DNA of 64,000 bases from the NCBI RefSeq assembly GCF_964213995.1, contig NW_027590121.1, forward strand, positions 1,488,001 through 1,552,000. Reading direction: 5' to 3'. Below the pieces are notes generated by a model. The model worked only from the letters and a program-made list of their open reading frames with translations. It ran no database searches and was not told the origin of the DNA. This DNA is from Mustelus asterias (Eukaryota). Below, one piece after another: positions 35,435-48,712 of the stretch (positions within the stretch are counted from its first letter, which is position 1; each line of letters starts with the position of its first letter). A program made the translations under genes and the position numbers.

Positions 35435-36696
35435 GTGGTTATCACTAAGTGATACAAGTAGCATTGCTGCCTCACAGTGACAGGGAAGGGGGTTCGATTC
35501 CAACCTTGGCTGACTGTGTGTGGTTTTTCACATTCTACCATGTCCATGTGAGTTTCCTCCGGGTGCTCCGGTTTCCTTCCACAGTCCAAGGATGTACGGA
35601 TTAGGTGGATTGGTACGATAAATTGCTCCTTTGAGTCCAAGGGTGAGTAACGTAGAATCACAGAATCCCGACAGTGCAGAAGGAGACCATTCGGTCCATC
35701 AAGTCTGCACCAGCTGTCCAGCAGGGCATCATTCCCAGGCCCAAGGTGGATTGGAGATTCTAAATTGCCCCTTCGCGGCCAACGATGTGTAGGTTAGAGT
35801 CATTAGCCTTTGAATATGTGAGGTTGTCGGGGTAGGGTGAAGGCTTGGGCCTGGATAGGATGCGCTGCTGGAAAGCAGCTACAGGCTTGATGGGCCTAAT
35901 GGCCTCCTACTGCGCTACACTGGATTCTATGATTCTATGCTGCTATGATCAGGCAGAGGAATGAATATATTCGCATTAATCTCTCAGCACTTCCAACGTA
36001 TTGCAACTTTCATTTTGGTAGAGCTTACATTTATAGAACGCTTTACCCGACTTCATGTAGTCCCAAAGTTTTTAAAACTCACTAATGTACCTTTGCTGAA
36101 TTTAGTCACCGCTATCATGTTGCTAATACAACAGGTAATGTACGTACAACAAACTCCCACAAACCGAGATGTGATAAATTGCCAGTAAATTTGTGATTTT
36201 GTTTGAAGAATCAGTATTAAGGTAGGATATTGAGGAGAACAGCCTTGCTCTTTAGAATTATATCAATGAGATTTTGCATCCTGTCATTGAATTTAAATGT
36301 GAATCTTGTTCTCTCTCTGCTGATGCACACTGATCTGCTGAGTAGCATTTGTTTTGCTTTAGTTTTAGATTTCCAGAATCGGCAGCACTTTACACTGTTG
36401 TTATTGATCCTCTGGATGTGAGCATCACTGACAAAGCCAATATTTAGTTGTCCCTGCTGAGAAGGCGGGTGTGAACCACCTGGTTGAAACCTGCCCTCTG
36501 GATGATTTTATTATTTGTTTCTCCATAGCAGCTTTGAGACAACTGACTGGCATGCCTGGCAATTTCAGTCGTGGTTAGAAGTCATTTTCATCATAGTAGA
36601 ATTGGAGTCCATGTAGGACAGATAGGGTGAAGATACAAATCTTCGGTTTCCAGTTATTTCCAAAGAGAAGATGTCGTTTAAAGTATAAAATCAAAT

Positions 36697-36890
36697 TATT
36701 GCGGATTCTGGAATTGAACCCAAAAGAGAAAGTGCTGGAAAATCTCAGCAGGCCTGGCAATATCTGAGGAGAGAAAATAGCTGACATTTCGAATGTTTTG
36801 ACAAAGGGTCATCTGGAATCGAAAAGTCAGCTCTTCTCTTTCCTTACAGATGCTGCCAGACTTGCTGAGATTTTCCAGCATTTTCTCTTT
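36697..36890. mobile_element. Palindromic MITE-like/Penelope-derived repeat; related arms at about 28670-28765 and 29070-29185
   Basis: GCTGGAAAATCTCAGCAGG...CTTGCTGAGATTTTCCAGC inverted arms around a degenerate hammerhead-like core (TTGACAAAGGGTCATCTGGAATCGAAA). Confidence 0.65.
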
Positions 36891-36892
36891 CC

Positions 36893-37136
36893 GTTGTTTG
36901 AAGTGTCTTCGGGTGGAGTAAATTGATTCTCAATCCCTGGGGTGGAGGAATTGTAGGTTGACCCAAGACTATCGTACTGAAGAAGACACTGTAACCACTG
37001 TTCGTGGACCTGTCGGACCCAGACCATCCAGTTACTGCCAATATTGAACGCGTTGGCTTTGCAGTCAGTCTCAAAGAGTTTCAGGGGCGCCCACTTTCTG
37101 CCTCTCGCTGACTCAACACAACCTCCGATTCGACAC
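36893..37136 (-). pseudogene. Truncated VH pseudogene
   Basis: VESEVVLSQREAESGRP*NSLRLT/CKANAFNIGSNWMVWVRQVHEQWLQCLLQYDSLGSTYNSSTPGIENQFTPPEDTSNN. Acceptor CAG>CAA, in-frame stop and frameshift; FR3 end and RSS missing; no leader seen. Confidence 0.88.
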
Positions 37137-40100
37137 TTGTAAAAATATCTAAAGTCCTATGAAAATAAAACGCCACGCACTTCGGACATACTCTCTCACC
37201 GTATTCCATCGGGAACAAGATACAAAAGTCTGAGGACACGTATAAACCGACTCAAAAACAATTTATTTCCTGCTGCAATCAGACGTTTGAATGGACCTAC
37301 GTCGCCTTAAGTTCATCTTTCTCTACACCCCAGCTATGACTGCAAAATTACATTATTCACTCTCTCCCTTCCTTCCCTATATACGTTATGCTCTGACTGT
37401 ATAGTGCGCAAGAAACAATAATTTGCACTGTGTACTAATGTATGCGATAATAATAAGTCAAATGAAATCAAATGAAATATATCAAAAACACCAAGGATTA
37501 TTCCTGGTGAATTGATTGCTGACAATGGAACATTCCAGAGACAGACTAACCCGAGGGAGTAACAGTGAGATCCATTGTCATGTCTCTGCTCGTCCAAGAG
37601 GTGAAATTGCATTTGAGCATCTGTTAGAGAAAATAAACAATTTCATTGTAAATTAAGTGCCTTTATTTCTGCACCCCTTCACAAGGGAATGGACATACAC
37701 AGATGACATTACCTTATCAGGGTAAAGCCGTCAGTCTGATTTACAATAATTCTGTGTCTCTGACACATTACAGCGAAAGATAATTCATTAGAAGAATTAT
37801 TATCGATTTATGTAACTTAATGCTGGGATGATTGTGTTTCAGGTGTGGATAGCTATCACTGTAATTTGGGACTGGATATCAGAAGGACGGAAGCAGTGGC
37901 CCAGCGCTATTATTGCGAGACAATTAATCCACAAACTCAACTAATGTTCTCAGGACCCGGCTTCGAATCCCGGAACGGCAGATGGTGGAATTTAAATTCA
38001 GTAAAAACGTCTGGAATTAAGAATCTACTTATGACCATGATATCATTGTCGATTGTGTAAAAACCTATCTGGTTCATTAATGTCCTTTCGAGCAGGAAAT
38101 ATGCCGTCCTTACCTCATCTAACCTACATGTGATTGCAGGGCCACAGCAATGTGTTCAGCTCTCAACTGCCCTCGACAATGGGTGGGCAATAAATATTGA
38201 TCAGCCAGCAGCACCCATATCCATAGAATCCCTGCAGTGCAGAAGGAGCATATCGGGCCCGCACCGACAACGCTCCCAGCCAGGCCCTGTTCCCATCCCT
38301 GCTAATTCACTTGATTCTATGGGACAATTCATCATCGCCAATCAACCTAATCGGCATATCTTTGGACAATGGGAATAAACAGGCAGACAATTGGAGAATG
38401 TGCAGACTACACACAGACAGTGATCCATTCCGGGAATTGAACCACGGTCCCTGATGCTGTGAAGCAGCAATGGTAACCATTATGCTACCGTGCCGCCCAT
38501 GAATAAATTAACAAAATAAACTCCTCATCTGATACAATGTTACACCTTATATTTCCCCAACAGCTCCTTAACCCTGTGAAAATTAACGGTGAAAGAAAAC
38601 TTCTTGACTTACAATTAAGCATTGAGTTGACAGAGAAACATAAAATTGACATTGACTTTTGACAAAGAAGCTAATGAATTAGAACGGACACGGCAATCAG
38701 GAAAGTTCTCCTTCAGCATCCAAATCATGACAGTTCATTTTATTGGCGAGCAGCTGGTATTGGGAACACAAGATATCAGGACTTTGCGGCATAATGCACA
38801 ATATCACAAGAATAAATATTTTATCTTTCACTGAACCAGGTTATGAACTGGTCATTTCTTCACTCATTGGCAGTTATGAGAGGGACTGTTAAATAATTGA
38901 AATCAGATTATGCTGGACAAAAGAACACGTTATACATCAGGTATAAGTTTTTAATGAGGTGCAGAACATTGAGAATATTTCAGAAATCCCTGCTGTTCAA
39001 GGGAGATATATGATTTTCTTTTACTTTTAATTATTTTCATTTTTGTGCCTTTACACTGATCTCATGGGACTGAGGGATTGGGGACATCAGCATAAGTTGT
39101 TCATAAAGAGGCTTTAATTGTTGGAAGGACATTTCTTTGGAAGCTATACAAATGAAATAGCATCAAGTCAATTGACTAGTTTCCGATACCTTTTAATCAC
39201 ATAATGAAAAGTGCATTCATTTAAAATATTTGCTTCGAAGAAAAACCATTTAAAATGTGCCTTCCTTTTGGGAATAAAACATTTATTGTATAACTGACGA
39301 AGTCCCATGTTATCCTTACAGATTCACGTTAATCTGTCCTACGCAGTATTTGGCAACTGTCCAGCCTGCTGCCAAATACCGAAAAATATTTACAGGAAGC
39401 ATCTGAGGGTGTTTGTTCAGTAAATCAAAAACCTGCTTCCTCAGTACTGAACACTTGGCTGCAAGCCAACTTCAAACTCTCAGCATTGTCAATGGGGCCT
39501 ATTTATAAACAAATCTACCCAGCAACAATACTGGAGGCAATTTAATTAGTTTTAAGTTGCAAACATCTATGGATGTTTCCCATTTCTTCGGAAAAGAAAG
39601 TATTCAGCTTCTCTGGCACCTTGGTTAGCAACAATAATGATCTCTCCAACACAACAAAACACTGATGGATGGATATAAAACAAATACCGGCAGATTATGA
39701 GAGTTGATTCAGAGAGGTGATATATTTTATACGAGATAAACATGTATGCTTGTGTTTTCTTTCACTTCCCATGGGACATGAGAATCTCTGGAAAGGCCAA
39801 CATTTATTCCCTTTGCCTAATTTCTCTTGAACTGAGTGGTATGCTAGGGCATCTCAGAAGGCATTGCCCAGTTAGTTATATTGTGTCCGTCTGCAGTCAC
39901 ATCCTGATGAGACCAGGTAGGGATGGCAGATTTCCTTCATTGGGGAATCAGAGAGGTTTATCTGGTCGCTGTCAGTATGTATTCCAGATTTATTGATTGA
40001 ATTCAAATTCCACCAGCTGCCAGGGTCGGATTTAATCTCGTGTCTCCACATCATTGGCCTGGGCTTCTGGATTACTGGTACACTGGCATTAATATTACGC

Positions 40101-40308
40101 CACCATCTACCCAGCAATAAAGGAATACTTGCGTTGATGCAGGGATGAACAATAGTTGGATGCCTGAATGTTTTGCTTGAGAAATCAGAGAGTGGACGGA
40201 TGGATGGGACGATAGCTGGTCCTAACATTTGCTGTTCTACATTCGCATATTTGTGATTTACTACTTCAAAAATCGAAGCAGGTCCTTTATTCCAAGTGTG
40301 TCATTGTA

Positions 40309-42295
40309 TAAGACCATAAGTCCATAAGACATAAGAAATAGGAGCAGAATGAGGCCACTCGGTCCATCGAGCCTGCTCCCGCCATTCAATGATGGCTGAT
40401 ATTTTTCTCATCCATATTCTCTTGCCTTTTCCCCAGAACCACTGATCCTCTTATTAATCACAAAACCATCTATCTCTGTCTTAAAAACACCCAATGACCT
40501 GGCCTCCAACCTTCTACGTCAAGAGATCCACAGATCCACCACACTCTGGCTGAAGAAATTCCTCCTCAGCTCTGTTTTAAATGATCGTCCCTTTAGTCTG
40601 AGGTTGTGCCCTCTGGTTCTGGTTTTTCCTACGAGTGGAAACATCCTTTCCACGCCCACTCTATCCAGGCCGCGCAGTATACTGAAAGATTCAATAAGAT
40701 CTCCCCTCATCTTTCAAAACTCCAACGAGTACAGATCCAGAGGACTCAACCGTTCCTCATACAGCAAGCGCTTCATTCCAGGAATCATTCTTGTGAAACT
40801 CCACTGGACCCTTTCCATGGCCAGCACATCCTTCCTTAGATATGGGGCCCAAAACTGCTCACAATACTCCAAATGGGGTCTGACCAGAGACTTATACAGC
40901 CTCAGAGGTACATACCTGCTCTTGTATTCTAGCCCTCTCGAAATGAATGCTAACATTGCATTTGCCTTCCTAAACCTGAACTTTAACCTTAATAGAATCT
41001 TGAACAATGACTCCCAAGTCCCTTCTTGTTTTTGATTTTATCAGCATTTTCCCATTTAGAAAATAGTCTATGCCTCCATTCCTCCTTCCAATGTGCATAG
41101 CTTCACACTTTTCCAAATTGTATTCCAGCTGCCACATCTTTGCCCACTCTCCTAACCTGTCCAAGTCCTTCTGCAGCCCCCCTGCTTCCTCAGTACTACC
41201 TGTCCCTCTGCATATCTTTGTATCATCTGCAAACTTAGCAACAGTGCCTTCAGTTCCTTCCTCCAAATCGTGAATGCATACTGTGAAAAGTTGTGGTACC
41301 AGCACTGACTCCTGAGGCACACCACTAGTCACCGGCTGCCATCTTGAGAAAGACCCCCTTTATCCCCTCTCTCTGCCTTCTGCCAGTCAACCAATCCTCT
41401 ATCCATGCCAGGATCTTACCCTTAACACCTTGTGCACTTAAAGTATTTAACAGTCTCCTATACGGCACCTTGTCAAAGGCCTTCTGGAAATCTAAATAAA
41501 TCATGTCCACTGGCTCTCATTTATCTAAATTCCTTGTTACCTCCTCAAAGGACTCTAACAGATTTGTCAGATATTACCTCCCCTTGACAAAGCTGTGCTG
41601 ACTCAGTACTACTTTATCATGCACTTCCATGTACTTTGCGATCTCATCTTTAATAATGGAATTTAAAGTCTTGCTAGTGACCGAAGTCAGGCTAACCGGT
41701 CTATAATTTCCCGTCTGCAGCCTCCCTCCCTTCTTAAACAGTGGTGTTGCATTCGCTACTTTCCAGTCCTCTGGTACATTCCCTGCCTCCAGTGATTTCT
41801 GAAAGATCACCACCAATGCCGCCACAATTTCCTCAGCTATCTCTTTTAGAACCCTGGGGTGTAGTCCTTCCGGTCCAGGTGATTTGTCATCTTTCCATTT
41901 CCCCAGAATCTTCTCCTTAGTGATGGCCACTGTGCCCCCTGACTCTCCTGGAGCTCTGGCATTCCACTGGTGTCTTTCACCGTGAAGACTGATGCAAAGT
42001 AATATTCAGTTCCTCTGCCATTGCTTTGTTTCCTATTATTACTTCTCCAGGCTAATTTTCCAGTGGTCCAATGGCAGTTTCTGCGTCTTTCTTATCTTTT
42101 TTAATATTGAAATAAAACTCTCTCTGTCTTATTTTATATTACTAGCTAGCTTTCACTTATATTTCATCTTCTCCCCCCTTATTGCGTTTTTACTGGTCCT
42201 CTGCTCGCTTTTCAATGCGTTCCAATCCTCTGGCTTCTCACTAATCTTTGCCGCTTTGTATGCTTTAACATTTGCTTTAATGCTGTGCTTGACCT
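40309..42295 (-). mobile_element. CR1 LINE, 5'-truncated, disrupted RT
   Basis: ORF pieces KSPGPEG, NYRPVSLTS, YLDFQKAFDKVP, KFADDTK, LVRPHLEYC; (CATAAGA)n tail. Confidence 0.92.
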
Positions 42296-42414
42296 TTACG
42301 CTGTGCTACAACCTTTAGTCCTTCCAGATTTTCTCGGTGAATTCAATCCCCGAGCTATCGGGAACGAATGAACTAAGAGCAGTCTGATTTTTGTTCCGTT
42401 TCCTGATGGTGAAT

Positions 42415-42975
42415 AGAGTCATAGACTTAGAGGTTGACAGCATGGACACAAGCATTTCGGCCCAACTTGTCCATGCCGCCCTTTTTATTAACCACTAAGC
42501 TTGACCCAATTTCACGAGTTTGGCCCATATCCCTCTGTACCCATCCTACCCATGTAACTGTCTAAAACCTTTTAAAAAGACAGAATTGTACCCGCCTCTA
42601 CTACCTCTGGCAGCCTATTCCAGACACCCGCCACCCTCTGTGTGAAACAATATCCCCTCTGAACCATTTTGCATCTCTCCACTCTCATCTTAAATCTATG
42701 CCTTCTCGTTTTAGGCTCCTCAACCTTTGGGAAAATATATTGATTATCTAGCTGAACTATGCACCTCATTGTTTTATAGACATCCATAAGATCCCGCCAA
42801 GCCTCCTACGCTCCGGAGAAAAAGTCCCAGTGTATCCAGCCTCTCCTTATAACTCAAATCATCAAGCCCTCGCAGCATTTTAGTAAATATTTTCTGTACT
42901 CTTTCTAGTTTAATGATATCCGTTCTATCATAGGGTGACCAGAACTGTACACAACATTCCAAGTGAAGCCTCACT
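42415..42975 (-). mobile_element. Older CR1 LINE 3' fragment
   Basis: RLHLECCVQFWSP..LERVQK..FTQRV remnants. Confidence 0.8.
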
Positions 42976-42976
42976 G

Positions 42977-44031
42977 ATAAGAACATAAGAACATAAGAAA
43001 TAGGAGGAGGAGTAGGCCATCTAGCCCCTCGAACCTGCCCCGCCATTCAATAAGATCATGGCTGACCTGAAGTGGATCAGTTCCACTTAACCTCCTGATC
43101 CCTATAACCCCTAAGTACCTTACCGATCAGGAATCCATCTATCCGTGATTCAAACATATTCAACGAGGTAGCCTCCGCCACTTCAGTGGGCAGAGAATTC
43201 CAGAGATTCACCACCCTCTGAGAGAAGAAGTTCCTCCTCAACTCTGTCCTAAACTGACCCCCCTTTATTTTGAGGCTGTGCCCTCTAATTCTAGTTTCCT
43301 TTCTAAGTGGAAAGAATCTCTCCACCTCTACCCTATCCAGCCCCTTCATTATCTTATAGGTCTCTATAAGATCCCCCCTCAGCCTTCTAAATTCGAACGA
43401 ATACAAACCCAACCTGCTGAGTCTCTCCTCATAATCAACACCCCTCATCTCTGGTATCAACGTGGTGAACCTTCTCTGCACTCCCTCCAAGGCCAATATA
43501 TCCTTCCGCAGATAAGGGGACCAATACTGCACACAGTATTCCAATTGCGGCCTCACCAATGCCCTGTACAGATGCAGCAAGACATCTCTGTTTTTATATT
43601 CTATTCCCCTTGCGATATAGGCCAACATCCCATTTGCCTTCTTGATCACCTGTTGCACCTGCAGACTGGGTTTTTGCGTCTCATGCACAAGGACCCCCCA
43701 GGTCCCTCTGCACAGCAGCATGTTGTAATTTCTTTCCATTTAGATAATAATCCAATTTGCTATTATTTCTTCCAAAGTGAATAACCTCCCATTTGTTAAC
43801 GTTATACTCCATCTGCCAGATCCTCGCCCACTCACTCAGCCTGTCCAAATCTCTCTGCAGACCTTCTACGCCCTCCAGACGATTCACTTTTGAACTTATC
43901 TTTGTGTCGTCTGCAAACTTTGTTACCCTACACTCAGTCCCCTCCTCCAGATCGTCTATATAAATGGTAAATAGTTGAGGCTCCAGTACCGATCCCTGCG
44001 GCAGGCCACTAGTTACCATCTGCCAACCAGA
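42977..44031 (-). mobile_element. Younger CR1 LINE 3' fragment
   Basis: SGLPQGSVL, KFADDTK, LVRPQLEYCVQYWSP, FFSQRVVNLWNSLP; (CATAAGAA)n tail. Confidence 0.92.
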
Positions 44032-44262
44032 TGTCTTCAAAATCTTCAAATCCAAGATGGAAAGAGGGATTAGGTTGACGGGGGAGGATTGTAATATTTG
44101 GAACATGTGGCCCTTTCTCGTGCAACAAATCACTCAACATATCTTCACCCAAATTAGTGAAGGTAACAGGCTAAACAAATTAATGAGGCAATTGAAATAC
44201 TGTGAAACTCACTGGACAGCTTCGAGAGGTAAATTACTTTCCAGTACTGTGTAAGTATGCAA

Positions 44263-44580
44263 GGGCGGCACGGTGTCATAGTGGTTAGCCCTGCTGCCTC
44301 ACAACGCCAGGAACCCGGGTTCAATTTCGTCCTCGGGTCACTGTCTGTGTGGAGTTTGTAGTTTCTCTCCGTGTCTGCGTGGATTTCCTCCGGGTACTCT
44401 GGTTTCCTCCTGCAGTCCGAACATGTGCAGGTCAGTTTGATTGGCCATGCTGAATTAACCCTTGTGTCAGGGGTATTAGTAGGGTTAATATGAGGGGTCA
44501 CGGGAATAGGGCCTGGGTAGGATTGAGGTCGGTGCAGATTCGATGGCCTCAATGGTCTCCTTCTGCACTGTAGATTCTTT
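44263..44580 (+). mobile_element. tRNA-derived shark SINE
   Basis: GGGCGGCACGGTGTCATAGTGGTTAGCCCTGCTGCCTCAC head. Confidence 0.8.
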
Positions 44581-46567
44581 GTTATATCAATAATCAAACT
44601 GGATTTTAAGATTTTATAACTTCACATTAAATATCATACATTATATATTACATTAAATACACATACCTTCAGTTATATATTCACTTTAAAAGTGGTTACA
44701 CACTCCAGTTATGTATCAGGGATTTATGTGTGATGAGGTGTTTGATGAGGTGATTACTTGTCAATTAAGCGTAGAGGCTGCTGGGTAGTTGCTCCTTCTC
44801 CTCGGTCTGACTTAATTCAATTTCCCGCTGAATTCTGGGACAGATTGGATTCTTTGGTGACAGAAAGGCCAACGTGACCTCAATAAATTTGAATCCCAAT
44901 AAATTACACGAAATAAACTGCAATTATATTTGTACCAAATAAAATGCTGAAAATAATTTGTGAAATATTTATTTATTTTTGTGGTTTGGAGATTATTAGT
45001 AATATTAGCGCCAGGCAATGACGATCTCCAAAAAGAGAGAATTTACCCATTGCCGCTTGTCACTCAATGATATTACGAGACTGAATCACCCACTATAGTA
45101 ATCGTCGGGGCTACCATTGGCTAATCGCTGAATTGACTAGGTATATAAATGCTCCGGCTGGAATATCAGGTCAGCTTGCTGTGAGTAACCCACCTCATGA
45201 CTCCCCAAACCTGTCCACCACCTACAAACAACAACTCAGGATGTAATAGGCTTCTCTCCACTTGCTTGAATGAGTGCAGCTCAAACAACATTCACGAAGC
45301 TTCATAGCATTCAGGACAGAGCAGCCGGCTTGACTAACATAGCATTTGCAAATGCTCACTCCCTCCACCACCGACAAACAACAGCAGCATTATACACCAT
45401 CCACAAGTTCCACTTCAGGAATTCACCAAGACTCCTTCGGCATCACCTTCCAACCACACGACTGTTACCATTTGGAGCTCCGAAAGCTTGTGTGGCTTTT
45501 GCTACCAAATAAACCTGTTGGGCTTTAACCTGGTGTTGTTAAACTTCTTACTGTGTTTACCCCAGTCCAACGCCGGCATCTCCACATCATGACCATTTGG
45601 AAGAACAGGGGTAAGAGTTACCTGGGAATATCACCTGTAAATTCCGCTCCAAGTCAGTTATATAACTGACTTGGAAAAATATCGCCTTTCCTTCACTGTC
45701 GCTCGATTGTAATCCTGGAACACCCTCTGTAACAGCACTGTGTGAGTACATACACCAGAGGCTTCGCAGCAATTCAAGAAGGCTCCTCACCACCAGTTTA
45801 CTAAAGGCAATTAGGGATCGGCAACAAATGCTGACCTAGCCAGGAACGACCACATCTCTTGAATTAAAACACAAATATATTAATGTTTATGAATGGTTGA
45901 TAACTGGTGAACAAAATTATGCAACTTTGTGAATGGATGGCAATTGGTGAAAATAAATACCAACTTTATGAACATTTATGATCTTCTCTTTCTTGATGGA
46001 AGATAGGATGAGCTCCACAGGGGATGCATGATTCAAAAGCACAACACTACCGGGAAAAAAGCCACCAGAGGACACTGCAACAACGACAGATATATATCTA
46101 TCATTGTCAGTGACACATCTGAAACCATTCATCTGTTTGAAGATCCGGATTATCCTGAAGCAGAAGGTTGTGTTTTTAATGGAAGATTGACTCTGGAAAA
46201 TATCTGCTTTATATGCCCTATGTACTTATCTTTACCTTCGTCAATCTCATCAAGACATTCAACACCGGTAGCAGAGTAGGGACTACCATATTTGGGAAAA
46301 GGTCGCTCTCCATCAAAACTCCTCAGTCTCATTCATGACACAGAAAACGACAACATTAAACCACAATTGGTAGTTTCATGGGCAGCACTTGTAACAGAGC
46401 CAACCTCTCAAAATTTGTCCTTCTCAGTCATCAACAAAGGTGACATATGAAAAAGAAACCATTCTGAAATTGATGTGTTTACTCTGCGTCTATTTTTTAT
46501 TTTAAATGGAAGGACGCCGGTTATCATTGTGAAATTGATTTGTAAACAACATGACGTTTTTCAGAAA

Positions 46568-46570
<3 letters not shown>

Positions 46571-46632
<62 letters not shown>
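46571..46632. repeat. (CA)n microsatellite
   Basis: Perfect CA run of about 30 units. Confidence 0.97.
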
Positions 46633-46633
<1 letters not shown>

Positions 46634-47149
46634 TTTCCTTCAACGTAAGACTCCATCTTTGCTTCCTGGGGGGCTTAAGGGACAATTACCCCAACTATCT
46701 TTCAGATGGAATGAAGAACAAATACATTTTCCCCAGCACCATGTTTGCTGAACTGAACATTAAAGGTCCCATTGTCTCCAACAGCGCCCTGGTCAGCATT
46801 CCTCCTTCTAACCAAAATGAACAAATATACATTACCATGGATTGAGGCACTATGCTTTGATGCTGACCTGGCAACATAGGAACAGAGGAGCAGAAGTTCC
46901 CCTCCAAGCCACTCACCATCCTGACTTGGAAATATGTCGCCGTTCCTTCACAATCTCTGAGTCAAAATCCTTAAATTTCCTCCCTAACGGCATTGTGGAT
47001 CTACCCACAGAACATGTACTGCAGCGATTCAAGAAGGCAACTCACCATCACCTTCTCAAGGGCAACTTGCTCTGGGGAATAAATGCTGACCAGTCAGCGA
47101 CGCCCATGTCCCAAGAATGAATACAAAAAGCAGACGCAAGTCATTCACC

Positions 47150-47960
47150 TTCTCGAACTCGCCCCCCATTCATAAGATCATCGCTGATCTGTCGCCAAAC
47201 TCTATGTACCTGCCCTTGTCCCATATCCCTTGATATCCCTGTTCAATAAAAAAATCGATCTCAGACATAAATTTAATAATTGAACCAGCACCCACTGGCC
47301 TTTGCGGAAGAGAGTTCCTTAAGTCCACCACTCTCTGGGTGTAGAAATACTTTCTATCAACTCTCCTGAACGACTTGGCCCTGTTTTTTTTAAAGATTAT
47401 GGCCCTTTATTCTAGAGCCTTCAACTGGTGGAAAAAAAAAATATCCGCCCTATCCTACGCCGTAAATATTTTGTAGATTTTTGTCAGAACACCCCTCAAC
47501 CTTCTGAATTCGAGAGAAAAAGTCCCAATTTGTCTAATTTCCCCTCGCAACGTAACCCCTGAAGGCCAGATATAATTCTTGTGAACCTGCGTTCAACTCC
47601 TTCCAAAGCCAAAATCTTTCCAAAGGTGTGGTGCCCAAACCTGTGCACAGTTCTCCAGGTGGGCTCTGACCAGGATTTTGCATAATTGCAGCATAACATC
47701 TGCATCGCTATACTCCAGTCCTGTAGATACAAAGGCCAAAATTCCGGTGACCTACTTGACGATTTTCTGCATCAGTTCGTGGCATTTTAAAAAGCTATGC
47801 ACTTGAAGTCCCAAATCTCGCTGAGCATCCACTAAATTTAATTTTGTGCCTTCTAAAAACTACCCTGATCTCTCATTTGGATTATTTGACTTTTTGTGGC
47901 ATTATCTAAGCCATTATGAATATTGTAAATAATTGAGACCTCAAGACAGATTCCTGCGGG
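47150..47960 (-). mobile_element. Degenerate CR1 LINE fragment
   Basis: ILALEGVERRFTRII remnant and CR1-like 3' UTR. Confidence 0.7.
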
Positions 47961-48439
47961 ACACAACTTAACCTGTATTATTCAGCAATGTACATCTAAT
48001 CTATAATTCGTTGCACCTTAAATTTGGGCACTTTCTGCAGAAGGGGATGTGGTCTTATATTTATGAATGTGAATTCTTTGTATATTACTGTCATAAATCA
48101 TACCTGACAGCGATATATTTACAGTAACTGTAATTGCAGAATTTTGCCAGCAGATGGAATTGGCACCTTGATGGTTTACATTACATGAAGAAGGCACTGC
48201 CTCAATAAATACTACACTGGACCCTAACTTTGCAGTTCTGCCACATGCAGTCCTGAATGGTGATGGACATTTAAACAAGTAACTGCAGCAGGAGCCTCAA
48301 ACGAAAAGGAAAAGAAACAAGACTGAAACAATTGCTCCTATGTTCAGGCAGAAGATGTTCCATCTCTGCCTTCCCCTGATGCCCCGAACATCACAGATGC
48401 CAGTCTCCAAGGAGGTCAATTCATTCAACATGCTACGAG

Positions 48440-48712
48440 AGGACACAGGTTTAAGGTGCTGGGGGGTAGGTACAGGGGAAATGTTAGGGGTAAGTTTTTC
48501 ACACAGAGGGTGGTGGGCGACTGGAATCGGCTGCCGTCAGTGGTGGTGGAGGCAAACTCAATAGGGTCTTTTAAGAGACTCCTGGATGTGTACATAGGAC
48601 TTAATAGGATGGAGGGTTACAGGTAGGCCTAAAAGATAGGGATATGTTCGGTACAACTTGTGGGGCTGAAGGGCCTGTTTTGTGCTGTAGTTTTCTATGT
48701 TTCGATGTTTCT
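48440..48712 (+). mobile_element. CR1 3'-end fragment, same subfamily as 59350-59630
   Basis: Near-identical TTTAAGGTGCTGGGG..GGTGGTGGAGGCAAACTC..TTTCTATG tail. Confidence 0.85.
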
